DNA of 64,000 nucleotides from Brevinematales bacterium (GTDB lineage Bacteria > Spirochaetota > Brevinematia > Brevinematales > JAOACQ01): contig JAGVOW010000027.1 in NCBI GenBank assembly GCA_020052515.1, forward strand, positions 199-64,198, in the 5' to 3' direction. This document shows positions 48,784 to 59,784 of this stretch, in pieces (position 1 is the stretch's first letter; every line of letters begins with the position of its first letter). The notes under the pieces were generated by a model. The model ran no database searches, was not told the DNA's origin, and saw only the letters and a program-made list of their open reading frames with translations. The position numbers and the translations under genes are program-made.

Positions 48784-50616
48784 ATGGGATACAATAAAAA
48801 CTCCGTTTATCAAGCAAAAAAAAGGGGGGTTTTTCAGAATAATATCATTGATCCAAGCGTATTAAATCTGGAAGATGACGAAAAAAAAAGGCTGCGTGAG
48901 GATTTTTCAAAAGCGCAGCGCGATATGGCAAAGGATAAACAACCGGATCAAATGGAGAACAAAAGAACCGGGAATAATAAGCCGGAAAAAGAAATAAACA
49001 TTGAATTAACCTGGTTTGAACAGGTAGTTTGCTTTCTTCTTTCTTTGTTTAAAATTCAGAGCATTCAGGATTTTAAAGTGGAGAAGGCTTTAAAATCCAT
49101 TGAAAAAGATATTTTAAGGATGAAGCCTTCTATCTACAATGCCTCCTCAAAAAGAGTCAGCAAGTTTTTAGCTTTCAACCTTTATGATTTTTACTCAAAA
49201 GCCGCGCCTATCAAGCAAATATTTGAACGGACTATGAACAATTCCTCTCTCTGGAATAATGTGAAGCAGTTTCAAAAAACCGGATTAGAAATGCTTTTTG
49301 AGAAACTGATGAATTACAACTCACAGGAAATAGATTCAAAATTTTCACTGCAGGGAATCGCGAAAATTATTAATGAGTTTGAAAGCATAAAAGAAGCTTC
49401 ACAGATTATTGACAAGGCTATTTATAATTATATCAATACGATAGATCCTACGTCAGCTGAATTTACAAATAAAATTTATACCAACATCCTTTATATAAAA
49501 AAGCTCCTGGACTTTGACTTTGTACAGCTTTTTAAGCGGTTTGATTCCCAATTTTCAGAAGCAACCTCCCCTTATTTTATTGATATAGCAGGCGATGCTA
49601 TCGTTCCGTACTTGGTTGTCCTGGAAGAAGATTGGATGCAGGTAGACTTAAATCTGGATAATGTTTCCGTTTTTAAAACATTGGCCGAAATTGGCAATAT
49701 TCTTTGCATATCAGCTCAAGGCAGTACCCAAAATCAAGATCAAGAAGAAATTCCAAAAGATGAGGCAGAGCCTACAAAACCAGAAGAAATAGAAGGTTTT
49801 TTCAATGTTTTAAAAGATACTATTACCAGAAACCCATTTACCCCTCTCTTAAAGCTGATGAAGAGGCTCCCGGATTATTCGCCGGTACTTTTCAGGTCAA
49901 AGTATGACCTTTCTAAATTATACGCGCAGACCTTTGAGGAACGCGTTAAGAATCTGGTAAAAGAAGTGGTAGAAAATAAAAAAATCCACAAAATTGAGCA
50001 GACAGTAAAAAAGATTTTTAACTCTATCCAATGGGCAGGATTGTATTCTAATGAAATATCCAGCCAGCTGCAAGAAAACGGCAGCGCCGGCTTCCTTTAT
50101 ATTTATCCAATAGGAATAGCAAATACTTTTATTTCTGAATGTTATGAGCCTTTTACAAAAGGCCTGCTGAATATCGTTTTGATGAATGGAATATTTATTG
50201 AGAAATATTTTCAGAAAAGTTTGGCCGAAAATTTCTACGATATGGAAAAATTTGAAGATAAATTCCGGGAGTTTCTTTTCGAGATGAGTATAGAAGGCTA
50301 TACCGGGAAAAGAATTTCAGGCCTACTGAAGCGTCAGGACAGCAGTCCATCTGAAACAAGAAAAAATATGGAAAAATATGTGACAACAATCAACACAAAA
50401 GCTAAAGAGCTCATGAGCAAGTTTTTTACCCTCTTTTTTGAAATTTCTGAAATTGTGGTAAAATTATATAAAGACTCAGAAAGAAAAACCCCTGATCACG
50501 TTCGAAACATGCGCTCTATCGGCGGCCTTAAGAATCAAAAATTGCTGGCCAGTTTAGAAAAAAGCTATACTATTGTTTCTTCTCTAAAAGAAGCAGTCCA
50601 ATTATTAAGAGAATAA
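48784..50616 (+). CDS. Hypothetical helical protein (DUF5312-like)
   Basis: 610-aa ORF between ricT and hflX. Confidence 0.65.
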   Translation: MGYNKNSVYQAKKRGVFQNNIIDPSVLNLEDDEKKRLREDFSKAQRDMAKDKQPDQMENKRTGNNKPEKEINIELTWFEQVVCFLLSLFKIQSIQDFKVEKALKSIEKDILRMKPSIYNASSKRVSKFLAFNLYDFYSKAAPIKQIFERTMNNSSLWNNVKQFQKTGLEMLFEKLMNYNSQEIDSKFSLQGIAKIINEFESIKEASQIIDKAIYNYINTIDPTSAEFTNKIYTNILYIKKLLDFDFVQLFKRFDSQFSEATSPYFIDIAGDAIVPYLVVLEEDWMQVDLNLDNVSVFKTLAEIGNILCISAQGSTQNQDQEEIPKDEAEPTKPEEIEGFFNVLKDTITRNPFTPLLKLMKRLPDYSPVLFRSKYDLSKLYAQTFEERVKNLVKEVVENKKIHKIEQTVKKIFNSIQWAGLYSNEISSQLQENGSAGFLYIYPIGIANTFISECYEPFTKGLLNIVLMNGIFIEKYFQKSLAENFYDMEKFEDKFREFLFEMSIEGYTGKRISGLLKRQDSSPSETRKNMEKYVTTINTKAKELMSKFFTLFFEISEIVVKLYKDSERKTPDHVRNMRSIGGLKNQKLLASLEKSYTIVSSLKEAVQLLRE

Positions 50617-50617
50617 T

Positions 50618-51709
50618 ATGAATAAAGAACATGTTTTGCTGGTAGGGGTAAAATTTCAGAAGGATTCTTTAGAGACTGTTTATGAATCCCTGGAAGAATT
50701 AAAAGAGCTGGCGGCCACAGCCGGCGCACATGTAGAAGACACCGTGCTTCAGCAAAGAAGAGAACCGGATTCAAAAACCTTCATTGGCAAGGGTAAAACC
50801 GAAGAAATCAAACAATTCAGTGAAAGTCGGGAAAATATAAGCTCTATTATTTTTAATCATGAGCTTACATCCAGTCAGATTCGAAATCTGGAAAAAGAAT
50901 TGGAGCTTAAAGTAATCACGCGCACCGAATTGATTTTAGATATTTTTGCCCTCCATGCCCGATCCCAGACAGCCCAAATGCAGGTAGAACTGGCTCAGCT
51001 TTCCTATCAACTTCCCCGGATTATCGGTAAAGGAATTTCTTTGTCCAGACAGGGAGGAGGCATCGGCACACGCGGACCGGGCGAAAAACAGCTGGAATTA
51101 GACCGGAGGCTCATTGAAAAAAGGATTTTTCTCATCCGGAAGAAACTTGCAAAAATTGAAACGGAAAGACGGGAACAAAGAAAACAGCGCTTAGAAAATG
51201 AATTTAAAATAGCTATAGTCGGCTACACCAACTCAGGCAAATCAACCCTTCTAAATCGTTTGACAAAGGCTGACGCTCTGGTGGAAGACAAGCTTTTCGC
51301 CACTCTGGATACTACGACCCGAAAGCTATGGCTGGGCGACAATGAAAAACAAAAAAATGTTGTATTGACGGATACAGTCGGTTTTATTCAAGGCATTCCT
51401 CACGGCTTAATTGAGAGTTTCCGTTCGACTCTCGAAGACACGCTGAAAGCCAACCTACTGATTCATGTTATTGATAGCTCTTCACCTACTTTTATTAAAA
51501 AGAAAAAAGTGGTAGAAGAGACTCTATTCGAAATGGGTGCGGATTCTATCCCTATTTTGTTGTGCTTTAACAAAACAGACAAAGTTTCCGAGGAAAGGCT
51601 TTTAAAAATACAGGGGGAATTCCCCGGAGCAGTTTTTATTTCGGCCTCGAAAAATATAAATCTGGATAAGCTCAAAGAAGATATCAAAGTCAGTTTGAAT
51701 AAATTATAA
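50618..51709 (+). CDS. hflX: GTPase HflX
   Basis: GIGTRGPGE, GYTNSGKS, LFATLD, DTVGF, NKTD. Confidence 0.95.
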   Translation: MNKEHVLLVGVKFQKDSLETVYESLEELKELAATAGAHVEDTVLQQRREPDSKTFIGKGKTEEIKQFSESRENISSIIFNHELTSSQIRNLEKELELKVITRTELILDIFALHARSQTAQMQVELAQLSYQLPRIIGKGISLSRQGGGIGTRGPGEKQLELDRRLIEKRIFLIRKKLAKIETERREQRKQRLENEFKIAIVGYTNSGKSTLLNRLTKADALVEDKLFATLDTTTRKLWLGDNEKQKNVVLTDTVGFIQGIPHGLIESFRSTLEDTLKANLLIHVIDSSSPTFIKKKKVVEETLFEMGADSIPILLCFNKTDKVSEERLLKIQGEFPGAVFISASKNINLDKLKEDIKVSLNKL

Positions 51710-51735
51710 TCTGATAGGAAAATAAAATCCAGCCG

Positions 51736-51798
51736 CCTCACCCCCCTTCCCCTCTCCAGGCCTGGAAAGGGGAAGGGGGGTGAGGCGGAGTAGTTACA
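51736..51798. repeat. REP-like palindrome
   Basis: CCTCACCCCCC TTCCCCTCTCCAGG/CCTGGAAAGGGGAA GGGGGTGAGG, then GAGTAGTTACA. Confidence 0.8.
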
Positions 51799-51847
51799 AT
51801 GTCGTTCAGAAATTGATTTTCATAGGATTTAAGATTATAATGGATAA

Positions 51848-53026
<1,179 letters not shown>

Positions 53027-53057
53027 CCAAAAAAGTTTGTCAGGCAGGTAAATAGAA

Positions 53058-54026
53058 ATGGCAAAAAATGATTTGATTGGCGGGTCATTGTGGGAACAAT
53101 ATTCGCAGAAAGTAAGCGAACGGATGGACAATCCAAAGCATAGAGGCGAAATTACAAAAGAAGAAGCGGAAGCTATGGGAGCGAAACTTGTGGTTGCCGA
53201 CTGGGGCGCTGAGGCTTGCGGTGACGCGGTGAGGCTTTATTGGGCGGTAGACCCAAAAACCAACAGGATTTTAAAAGCGACTTTTAAAAGTTTTGGCTGC
53301 GGCACCGCGATTGCATCCAGCGATACGATGGCCGAGCTGTGCGTCGGTAAAACTGTGGATGAAGTCGTCAAAATTACAAACATCGATGTAGAGCATGCTA
53401 TGCGGGACGAGGAAGACAAGCCTTCCATACCGCCGCAGAAAATGCACTGCAGTGTGATGGCTTATGACGTGATTAAAAAAGCGGCCTCTATTTATAAAGG
53501 CGTGGATCCGAGCCATTTCGAGGAAGAAGAAATAGTTTGTGAATGTGCCCGCGTATCTCTGCGGACTATTAAGGATGTTATTCGCATCAACAATCTAAAA
53601 ACAGTTGAGGAAATCACTCAGTACACCAAAGCCGGAGCATTTTGCAAATCATGCATTCGTCCCGGCGGGCATGAAAAGAGAAAATACTATTTGGAAGATA
53701 TATTAAGGGAGGTAAGAGCGCAAATGGATAAGCAAGAAGTCCAGCAGAGCCTGGATAAGAAGGATTTTTCATCTATGAGCTTAGTACAAAAATTAAAAGC
53801 GGTCGAAAAAGTGATAGATGAAGAAATTAAACCGATGCTTGCCGCTGATGGGGGAAGCCTCGAAGTGGTAGACATAAAGGAAAGTGATGGTTTTTCTGAT
53901 GTTTACATCAGTTATATGGGCGCCTGTAGGGGCTGTCCCGCCAGCACCACAAACACGCTTTACGCTATCCAGCATTATTTAAACGAAAAAGTGGATAAAA
54001 GCATCCGCGTTTTACCGCTGGCGTAA
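53058..54026 (+). CDS. nifU: Three-domain Fe-S scaffold NifU
   Basis: ACGD, FGCG, KMHCS, CEC...CKSC, DGG...GACRGC. Confidence 0.95.
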   Translation: MAKNDLIGGSLWEQYSQKVSERMDNPKHRGEITKEEAEAMGAKLVVADWGAEACGDAVRLYWAVDPKTNRILKATFKSFGCGTAIASSDTMAELCVGKTVDEVVKITNIDVEHAMRDEEDKPSIPPQKMHCSVMAYDVIKKAASIYKGVDPSHFEEEEIVCECARVSLRTIKDVIRINNLKTVEEITQYTKAGAFCKSCIRPGGHEKRKYYLEDILREVRAQMDKQEVQQSLDKKDFSSMSLVQKLKAVEKVIDEEIKPMLAADGGSLEVVDIKESDGFSDVYISYMGACRGCPASTTNTLYAIQHYLNEKVDKSIRVLPLA

Positions 54027-54030
54027 AAGC

Positions 54031-55008
54031 TTATTCCGCCTCGTAGTAAGTGTTCTTCAGCATCCAATTTCCCATTTTCTTCATAGCCCAGGGAATGTAT
54101 ACACCGAGTGTCAAAATGGATAAAAGTGCCTGGCCCCAGAAGAGGAGAAAACCTTCTCCATTCTTTCCCTCAAAGCCGAATTTCCCGATCTTTTTGTCGT
54201 TCGAAAGGGCTGAAGTTTTCCCCGCAAAGTATCTATAAATGTTGATGCATGCCAGAGGCCAGCAGATAAAGAGGGTAACAAAAAGCAGGAGCATCTGCGC
54301 GAGAATGTAAAAGACAGAAGAAAAGAACTGTGTGTTCCATTGAAAATGCACCGCTTCCAGCCGAATCGAGCTGACATACCACTTGTAAATCAGATAAATA
54401 AACGGAATGAGAATAATATAGAAGATGAGGGTTATCGGAATTGTGTAAGCCCAAGTAGCGGTTGTATAGGTACATGAAACCAGAAAAGCCGGAGTTAACA
54501 AACAAGCGTATAAAATTATAACGGCTGCCAGAGGAACAAAAAAGCTCAAAAGCATAATGAGAAATAGCTTTCCGCCTTTGCCGGTAAACTCGAACTTCTT
54601 ATTCTGATAAGACATTTCGCCCGTAAGGTAACGGGAAACCCGGACAATGTACCATGGCATATAAATACCCAGAGTAATAATCGATAATAAGATACCGCCC
54701 AGATTCATAAAAACGAATTTCGGAACAGAACCTTTAAAAGATAAAGATTGACCGGATAAAGAAACGGCCGACACATATTTTCTCATCATTAAAATACTGA
54801 AAGCAAAAGCGACCAGCACAAAGACAAAGACAGCGAGAAAGAAAATGCCAAGCAAGGGCAATAGAACCGACGGCTCTTTTTCCGCTTTTTTAAGAAGAGG
54901 CGAAAGATAAAGCACAACCGCTTCATAGCCCAGAAAAACAACCCAGTAAGGTAGAAAAACCTTCAGAAAATCCACAGCATTTAGATTGAAACTGAAATAT
55001 TTCTTCAT
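54031..55008 (-). CDS. YjgN/DUF898 membrane protein
   Basis: Repeated LSIITLGIY.PW and F.G..G motifs. Confidence 0.8.
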   Translation of the reverse strand: MKKYFSFNLNAVDFLKVFLPYWVVFLGYEAVVLYLSPLLKKAEKEPSVLLPLLGIFFLAVFVFVLVAFAFSILMMRKYVSAVSLSGQSLSFKGSVPKFVFMNLGGILLSIITLGIYMPWYIVRVSRYLTGEMSYQNKKFEFTGKGGKLFLIMLLSFFVPLAAVIILYACLLTPAFLVSCTYTTATWAYTIPITLIFYIILIPFIYLIYKWYVSSIRLEAVHFQWNTQFFSSVFYILAQMLLLFVTLFICWPLACINIYRYFAGKTSALSNDKKIGKFGFEGKNGEGFLLFWGQALLSILTLGVYIPWAMKKMGNWMLKNTYYEAE

Positions 55009-55026
55009 GATTTTTTCCTCCTATGA

Positions 55027-55088
55027 GCCCCTAACCCCCTTAAAGGGGGAAAAGCCATACGTTCCCCCTTTAAGGGGGTTAGGGGGTT
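55027..55088. repeat. Inverted pair of REP-like units
   Basis: CCCCTAACCCCCTTAAAGGGGG ... CCCCCTTTAAGGGGGTTAGGGG. Confidence 0.75.
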
Positions 55089-55097
55089 AATCATACA

Positions 55098-56849
55098 TTA
55101 TCTATTATACAATGGCCTTTCATGATAATGAGTATGGAGCAATTTATGGGATTTCTCCGACAGAGGAGTGCCTAAAAAGTTGTCGTAAAGTTCTTTAATA
55201 TGCGGATTTTGATGCGAACAGCGGACTTTTTGTTCTCTGTCGTCCTCATAAAGGCCCATTGCCCTCTTTTTGCGGATTTCATCCGTAGCCCCATAAGGCT
55301 GGCCGCCTCCGCCGACACATCCGCCGCGGCAGGCCATTACTTCAATAAAGTGGTAGGGAAGCTCCTTCCCCGCTTTTTTCGCGGCCTTCACCTCTTCCAT
55401 CACCTGCTCCACATTAGCAAGGCCATGAGCTACCGCTATTCTTACTTCTGTACCATTAATATTGATCTTTGAAGTTTTTATGCCATCCAATCCACGTGTT
55501 TCTACCAGGTCAACATCTCCCAATTCTTTCTTGGTAATGAGATGGTAGGCTGTACGCAAAGCCGCTTCCATAACACCACCGGTCGCTCCAAAGATTGTCC
55601 CAGCTCCGGTATAATCTCCCAGAATCGAATCCGCCTCAGAGTCCGGCAAATTCAAAAAGTCAATACCGGAAGCCTTGATCATTCTGGATAATTCACGGGT
55701 AGTAAGAACTACGTCAATGTCCTGGTAACCGCTGGCAAACATTTCATCCACACGGGTAATCTCGTATTTTTTTGCCGTACAGGGCATAATAGAAACCATA
55801 AAAACCTTTGAAGGGTCAATCTTTTTCTTCTGCGCGTAATAAGTTTTGGAAAGCACTCCCACCATTTCCTGGGGCGATTTTGCCGAAGAAAAATAAGGGA
55901 TCATATCCGGGAAATACTTTTCAAGATAATCTACCCAGGCCGGACAGCATGTCGTGATCAAAGGCAGTTCTTCTTTTCTATTAGCAAATCTTTCGACAAA
56001 CTCAGACCCTTCTTCCATAATAGTCAAATCGGCGCCAAAATTTGTATCAAAAACCGCGTCAAAACCAAGCCTGCGCAAAATAGTGTACATCTTTTTTGTG
56101 GTCAAAACCCCCGGTTCCAGATCAAAAGCCTCCCCCAGAGCAACACGCGTAGCGGGGGCCATCTGGACCACTTTATGGAGTTCCGGCTTGCGAAGGGCTT
56201 CCCATACAATGGCGTTATGGCTATGCTCATATAGAGCGCCGACCGGGCAATGCGCCGTACATTGGCCGCATTTAATACATGGGCTGTTTTTGAGCTGCAC
56301 ATCCGCCGCGGGGGCGATCCGCATATTATAGCCTCTTCCGATAAATTCTAACGCCCATACGTTCTGCATAATCTGGCAGACTTCGACGCACCGGCCGCAT
56401 TTGATGCATTTTTCAGGGTTAATCACAATGGAGCCTGTAGAATCATCCACCGGGTGATTCACCAGCATCTGTGTAAACGGCACTTCGCGGATACCAAAAT
56501 CCGCCGCCAATTTTTGAAGCTCACAATTCCCGTTGCGCGGGCATTGCAGACAATCATTCGGATGATTAGAAAGAATGAGCTCAAGGACTGTTTTTCGTAT
56601 TTCATAAATTTCCGCGTCATGGGTTGAAATATCCATCCCTTCTTCAGCATAAGTCGCACAGGCGCGGATCATCTTAGGGTTATTTTTGATTTTCACAATA
56701 CAAAGCCCGCAAGCGGCGCTGGGCGGCAGGTCCGGATGATTGCAAAGCTTTGGAATGCTAATCTGTACCGCTTTTGCCGCGTCCAGAATGGAAACTCCCT
56801 TTTCCACCTGAAGCGCTATCCCATTTATTTTTATGTTAATTTTTTCCAT
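55098..56849 (-). CDS. hydA: [FeFe]-hydrogenase group A catalytic subunit (HydA/HndD)
   Basis: H-cluster motifs TTCCPAW, MPCTAKKYE, EVMACRGGC.GGGGQP; N-terminal FeS domains. Confidence 0.95.
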   Translation of the reverse strand: MEKINIKINGIALQVEKGVSILDAAKAVQISIPKLCNHPDLPPSAACGLCIVKIKNNPKMIRACATYAEEGMDISTHDAEIYEIRKTVLELILSNHPNDCLQCPRNGNCELQKLAADFGIREVPFTQMLVNHPVDDSTGSIVINPEKCIKCGRCVEVCQIMQNVWALEFIGRGYNMRIAPAADVQLKNSPCIKCGQCTAHCPVGALYEHSHNAIVWEALRKPELHKVVQMAPATRVALGEAFDLEPGVLTTKKMYTILRRLGFDAVFDTNFGADLTIMEEGSEFVERFANRKEELPLITTCCPAWVDYLEKYFPDMIPYFSSAKSPQEMVGVLSKTYYAQKKKIDPSKVFMVSIMPCTAKKYEITRVDEMFASGYQDIDVVLTTRELSRMIKASGIDFLNLPDSEADSILGDYTGAGTIFGATGGVMEAALRTAYHLITKKELGDVDLVETRGLDGIKTSKININGTEVRIAVAHGLANVEQVMEEVKAAKKAGKELPYHFIEVMACRGGCVGGGGQPYGATDEIRKKRAMGLYEDDREQKVRCSHQNPHIKELYDNFLGTPLSEKSHKLLHTHYHERPLYNR

Positions 56850-56861
56850 CTTTTTCCTCCC

Positions 56862-58646
56862 TTACTTTCGGATCACAGCGCCGAATTTACACACCTCAAA
56901 ACAAGAACCGCATTTGATACACTGAATCTGGTCAATCGTATGCGGCTTACGCTTTTCTCCGCTAATACATTTAACGGGGCATTTCATGGCGCAAAGCCCG
57001 CAGCCGACGCATTTTTCCGGGTCAATCAAAAACGTAACCAGGTCTTTGCAGCTTCCGGAAACACAGCTCTTGTTTTTAATATGCTCTTCATATTCCCCTT
57101 CAAAAAAACGAAGGGTTGAAAGCACAGGATTAGGCGAGTTCTGCCCCAATCCGCACAAGGAAGCCTTCTGCATCGCAAAGCAAATAGTCTTCAGGCTTGC
57201 AATATCTTTCATTTCACCCTTGCCAAGGCTGATTTTTTCCAGAATACCATAAAGCTGTTTATTCCCAATCCGACACGGAGAACATTTCCCGCATGATTCA
57301 TCGACTGAAAATTGGATGTAAAACCGCGCGATATCCACCATACAATCGTCTTCATCCATAATGATCAAACCGCCCGATCCCATGATCGAACCCAGTTTTT
57401 GCAAATTTTCATAATCAATGGGCGTATCTAGATATTCCGCGGGGATCATCCCACCGGAAGGCCCTCCGCTCTGGGCAGCCTTAAATTTCTTCCCATTCCG
57501 GATCCCACCGCCAATATCAAAAATGACTTCCCGTAACGTTGTGCCCATAGGGACTTCTACCAGCCCGGAATTGTTCACCTTACCGGTTAACGCGAAAACC
57601 TTTGTCCCTTTAGAGGTTTCCGTACCGATATTCGCGAACCATTTTCCTCCCTTCAAGAGAATCATGGGAATATTTGCCCAGGTTTCTACATTGTTAATGA
57701 CAGTAGGCCTGCCCCACAATCCCTTCACCGCGGGATAGGGTGGACGGGGTTTTGGCATACCGCGATTGCCCTCCAGGGACGCCAGCAAGGCCGTCTCTTC
57801 TCCACAGACAAAAGCACCCGCCCCCAGACGAATCTCAATATCAAAATCAAAACCGCTCCCCAGAATATTCTTCCCCAGAAGCCCAAGTTTCCTGGCTTGC
57901 TCAGCAGCGACTTCCAGCCTTTTAATAGCCAGAGGGTACTCCGCGCGGATGTAGATAAAACCCTGATGAGAACCGACTGTATAGCCGCAAATAGTCATCG
58001 CTTCCAGGACAGAATGAGGATCCCCCTCTACGGTACTGCGGTCCATATAAGCGCCCGGGTCCCCTTCATCCGCGTTGCAGACGACATATTTTACGTCATC
58101 CTGCGCCTCTTTTGAAAAGGTCCATTTCTTCCAGGTAGGAAATCCCGCGCCGCCGCGGCCGCGAAGCCCCGAAATTTTCAGCTCATTTATAATATCATCC
58201 GGTTTCATTTCAAAAAGCGCCTTTTCCAGCGCGGCATAACCATCCCTTGCGATGTATTCATTTATGTTTTCCGGATCAATTACTCCGCAATTCCGTAAAA
58301 CAATGCGGAATTGCTTTTGATAAAAGTCCATTCCAACCTTTGAGTTTTTAGTGCTTTGTTTATTATCATAAAGAAGACGGGTTACGATTTTACCATTAAC
58401 AATATGCTCTGAGACTATGGCCGCCGCGTCTTCCGGCTTCACATGGGCATAAAGCACTTCATCGGGCAAAATTTTTACGACAGGGCCTTGATCGCAGAAA
58501 CCAAAACAACCTGTGCGGACTACTTGAATCTCTTCTTTCAAACCATTCGCAATCAGCTCTTTATTAATGTTTTCATAAATTTCGTTTCCCTTTTTATCCA
58601 AGCACTCTTTTGCTCCGCAGATCAAGATGTATTTTCTATAGGCCAT
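56862..58646 (-). CDS. hydB: NuoF-like NADH/FMN subunit (HydB/HndC)
   Basis: LRGRGGAGFP, CNADEGDPG, CGEETAL, CGKC.PCR, two 4Fe-4S motifs. Confidence 0.92.
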   Translation of the reverse strand: MAYRKYILICGAKECLDKKGNEIYENINKELIANGLKEEIQVVRTGCFGFCDQGPVVKILPDEVLYAHVKPEDAAAIVSEHIVNGKIVTRLLYDNKQSTKNSKVGMDFYQKQFRIVLRNCGVIDPENINEYIARDGYAALEKALFEMKPDDIINELKISGLRGRGGAGFPTWKKWTFSKEAQDDVKYVVCNADEGDPGAYMDRSTVEGDPHSVLEAMTICGYTVGSHQGFIYIRAEYPLAIKRLEVAAEQARKLGLLGKNILGSGFDFDIEIRLGAGAFVCGEETALLASLEGNRGMPKPRPPYPAVKGLWGRPTVINNVETWANIPMILLKGGKWFANIGTETSKGTKVFALTGKVNNSGLVEVPMGTTLREVIFDIGGGIRNGKKFKAAQSGGPSGGMIPAEYLDTPIDYENLQKLGSIMGSGGLIIMDEDDCMVDIARFYIQFSVDESCGKCSPCRIGNKQLYGILEKISLGKGEMKDIASLKTICFAMQKASLCGLGQNSPNPVLSTLRFFEGEYEEHIKNKSCVSGSCKDLVTFLIDPEKCVGCGLCAMKCPVKCISGEKRKPHTIDQIQCIKCGSCFEVCKFGAVIRK

Positions 58647-58658
58647 ATTTCCTCCCTC

Positions 58659-59048
58659 TTATTCGCAGATATCCACAGCCGGCTTGTCGTAAATAAAATC
58701 ATTGATCAATTGCTTCTGAATGATATGTCTTTCTAAAATCTTTTTCGCGACATCAGGTGTCACTTTCCCATAAAGAATATCCGGCATTTCGGGTACATGG
58801 ACCTCTACCGTCGGTTCCACATAGCAAGCGCCCATACAGCCTGTCGGCTCGATAACCACATTTTTCAATCCCATCTTTTCTACTTGTTCCGAGAAAGTCT
58901 GAAAGGTTTCCCGGGCTCCGGCGGCTATGCCACAGGTTCCCATTCCTATTAAAATTTTTATTTCCTTTCCTTCCTGCTTCTTTTTTTCTATCTCTTTCTT
59001 TAAGTCAATTCTCAATTTTCTTAAGCCGTCTAAATTTAATTTTCCCAT
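58659..59048 (-). CDS. Thioredoxin-like 2Fe-2S subunit (HndB-like)
   Basis: GMGTCGIAAGA, TGCMGAC..EP. Confidence 0.85.
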   Translation of the reverse strand: MGKLNLDGLRKLRIDLKKEIEKKKQEGKEIKILIGMGTCGIAAGARETFQTFSEQVEKMGLKNVVIEPTGCMGACYVEPTVEVHVPEMPDILYGKVTPDVAKKILERHIIQKQLINDFIYDKPAVDICE

Positions 59049-59060
59049 CTTTCCCTCCCT

Positions 59061-59546
59061 CTACTTCACCCGGTATTTAGCTAATATATCCGGCAGTTTC
59101 TCCTTCTTCAAAGTCCCATAAACCTCGCCGTCGACGGTCATAACAGGTGAAAGCCCGCAGCATCCCAGGCAACGAACTGACTCTAAAGAAAACTGCCCAT
59201 CATCTGTAGTGCCGCCCACTCCGACGCCCAGATTAACTTCCAATTCCTTTAAAATGTCCTCTCCGCCTTTTAGATAACAGGCAGTACCAAGACAAACCGC
59301 GATAGTATGTTTTCCCGGCTTGGAAGCTCTAAAAAAATGATAAAAAGTTATAACTCCGTATATTCTTGCCAATGGCACATTGAGCATTCTTGAAAGCTGA
59401 AGGGCCACTTCCCTGGGCACATACCCATACTCTTCCTGAACCTGATGCAAAATCATAATCAGGTTGCCATCTTTAGCTTTCCATTCTTCTATATAGTTCA
59501 AAAGCCCCGCGGTCAATTGAACGGCGGCTTCTTTTTTTTCAAACAT
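59061..59546 (-). CDS. hydC: NuoE-like 2Fe-2S subunit (HydC/HndA)
   Basis: CLGTACY, CLGCCGLSP. Confidence 0.9.
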   Translation of the reverse strand: MFEKKEAAVQLTAGLLNYIEEWKAKDGNLIMILHQVQEEYGYVPREVALQLSRMLNVPLARIYGVITFYHFFRASKPGKHTIAVCLGTACYLKGGEDILKELEVNLGVGVGGTTDDGQFSLESVRCLGCCGLSPVMTVDGEVYGTLKKEKLPDILAKYRVK

Positions 59547-59784
59547 AACTCCTCCTGCTTGGTTTATTCTAACCTGAGAAAAAATTGGATAGGATTACTA
59601 ACGCAATGACGATAAAGCTAAAAATTACAAGGCCTCTTCTTTCATAACAAACGAGTTTATTATAGAATAAATATGGAAATTAATCAATCAAAAAAATGTT
59701 ATAAACCAGTGGTTTCTGGAATTATGTAAAATTTTGATTTTAAATAGTTCTTTAGTTAAAATACTCGACGAAGAGAGGTTAAAA

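Noticed and set aside
59547-59784. Rex operator or c-di-AMP riboswitch between the hydrogenase operon and the KimA-like gene
   Set aside because: Only half-site-like matches in AT-rich DNA; no riboswitch core seen.
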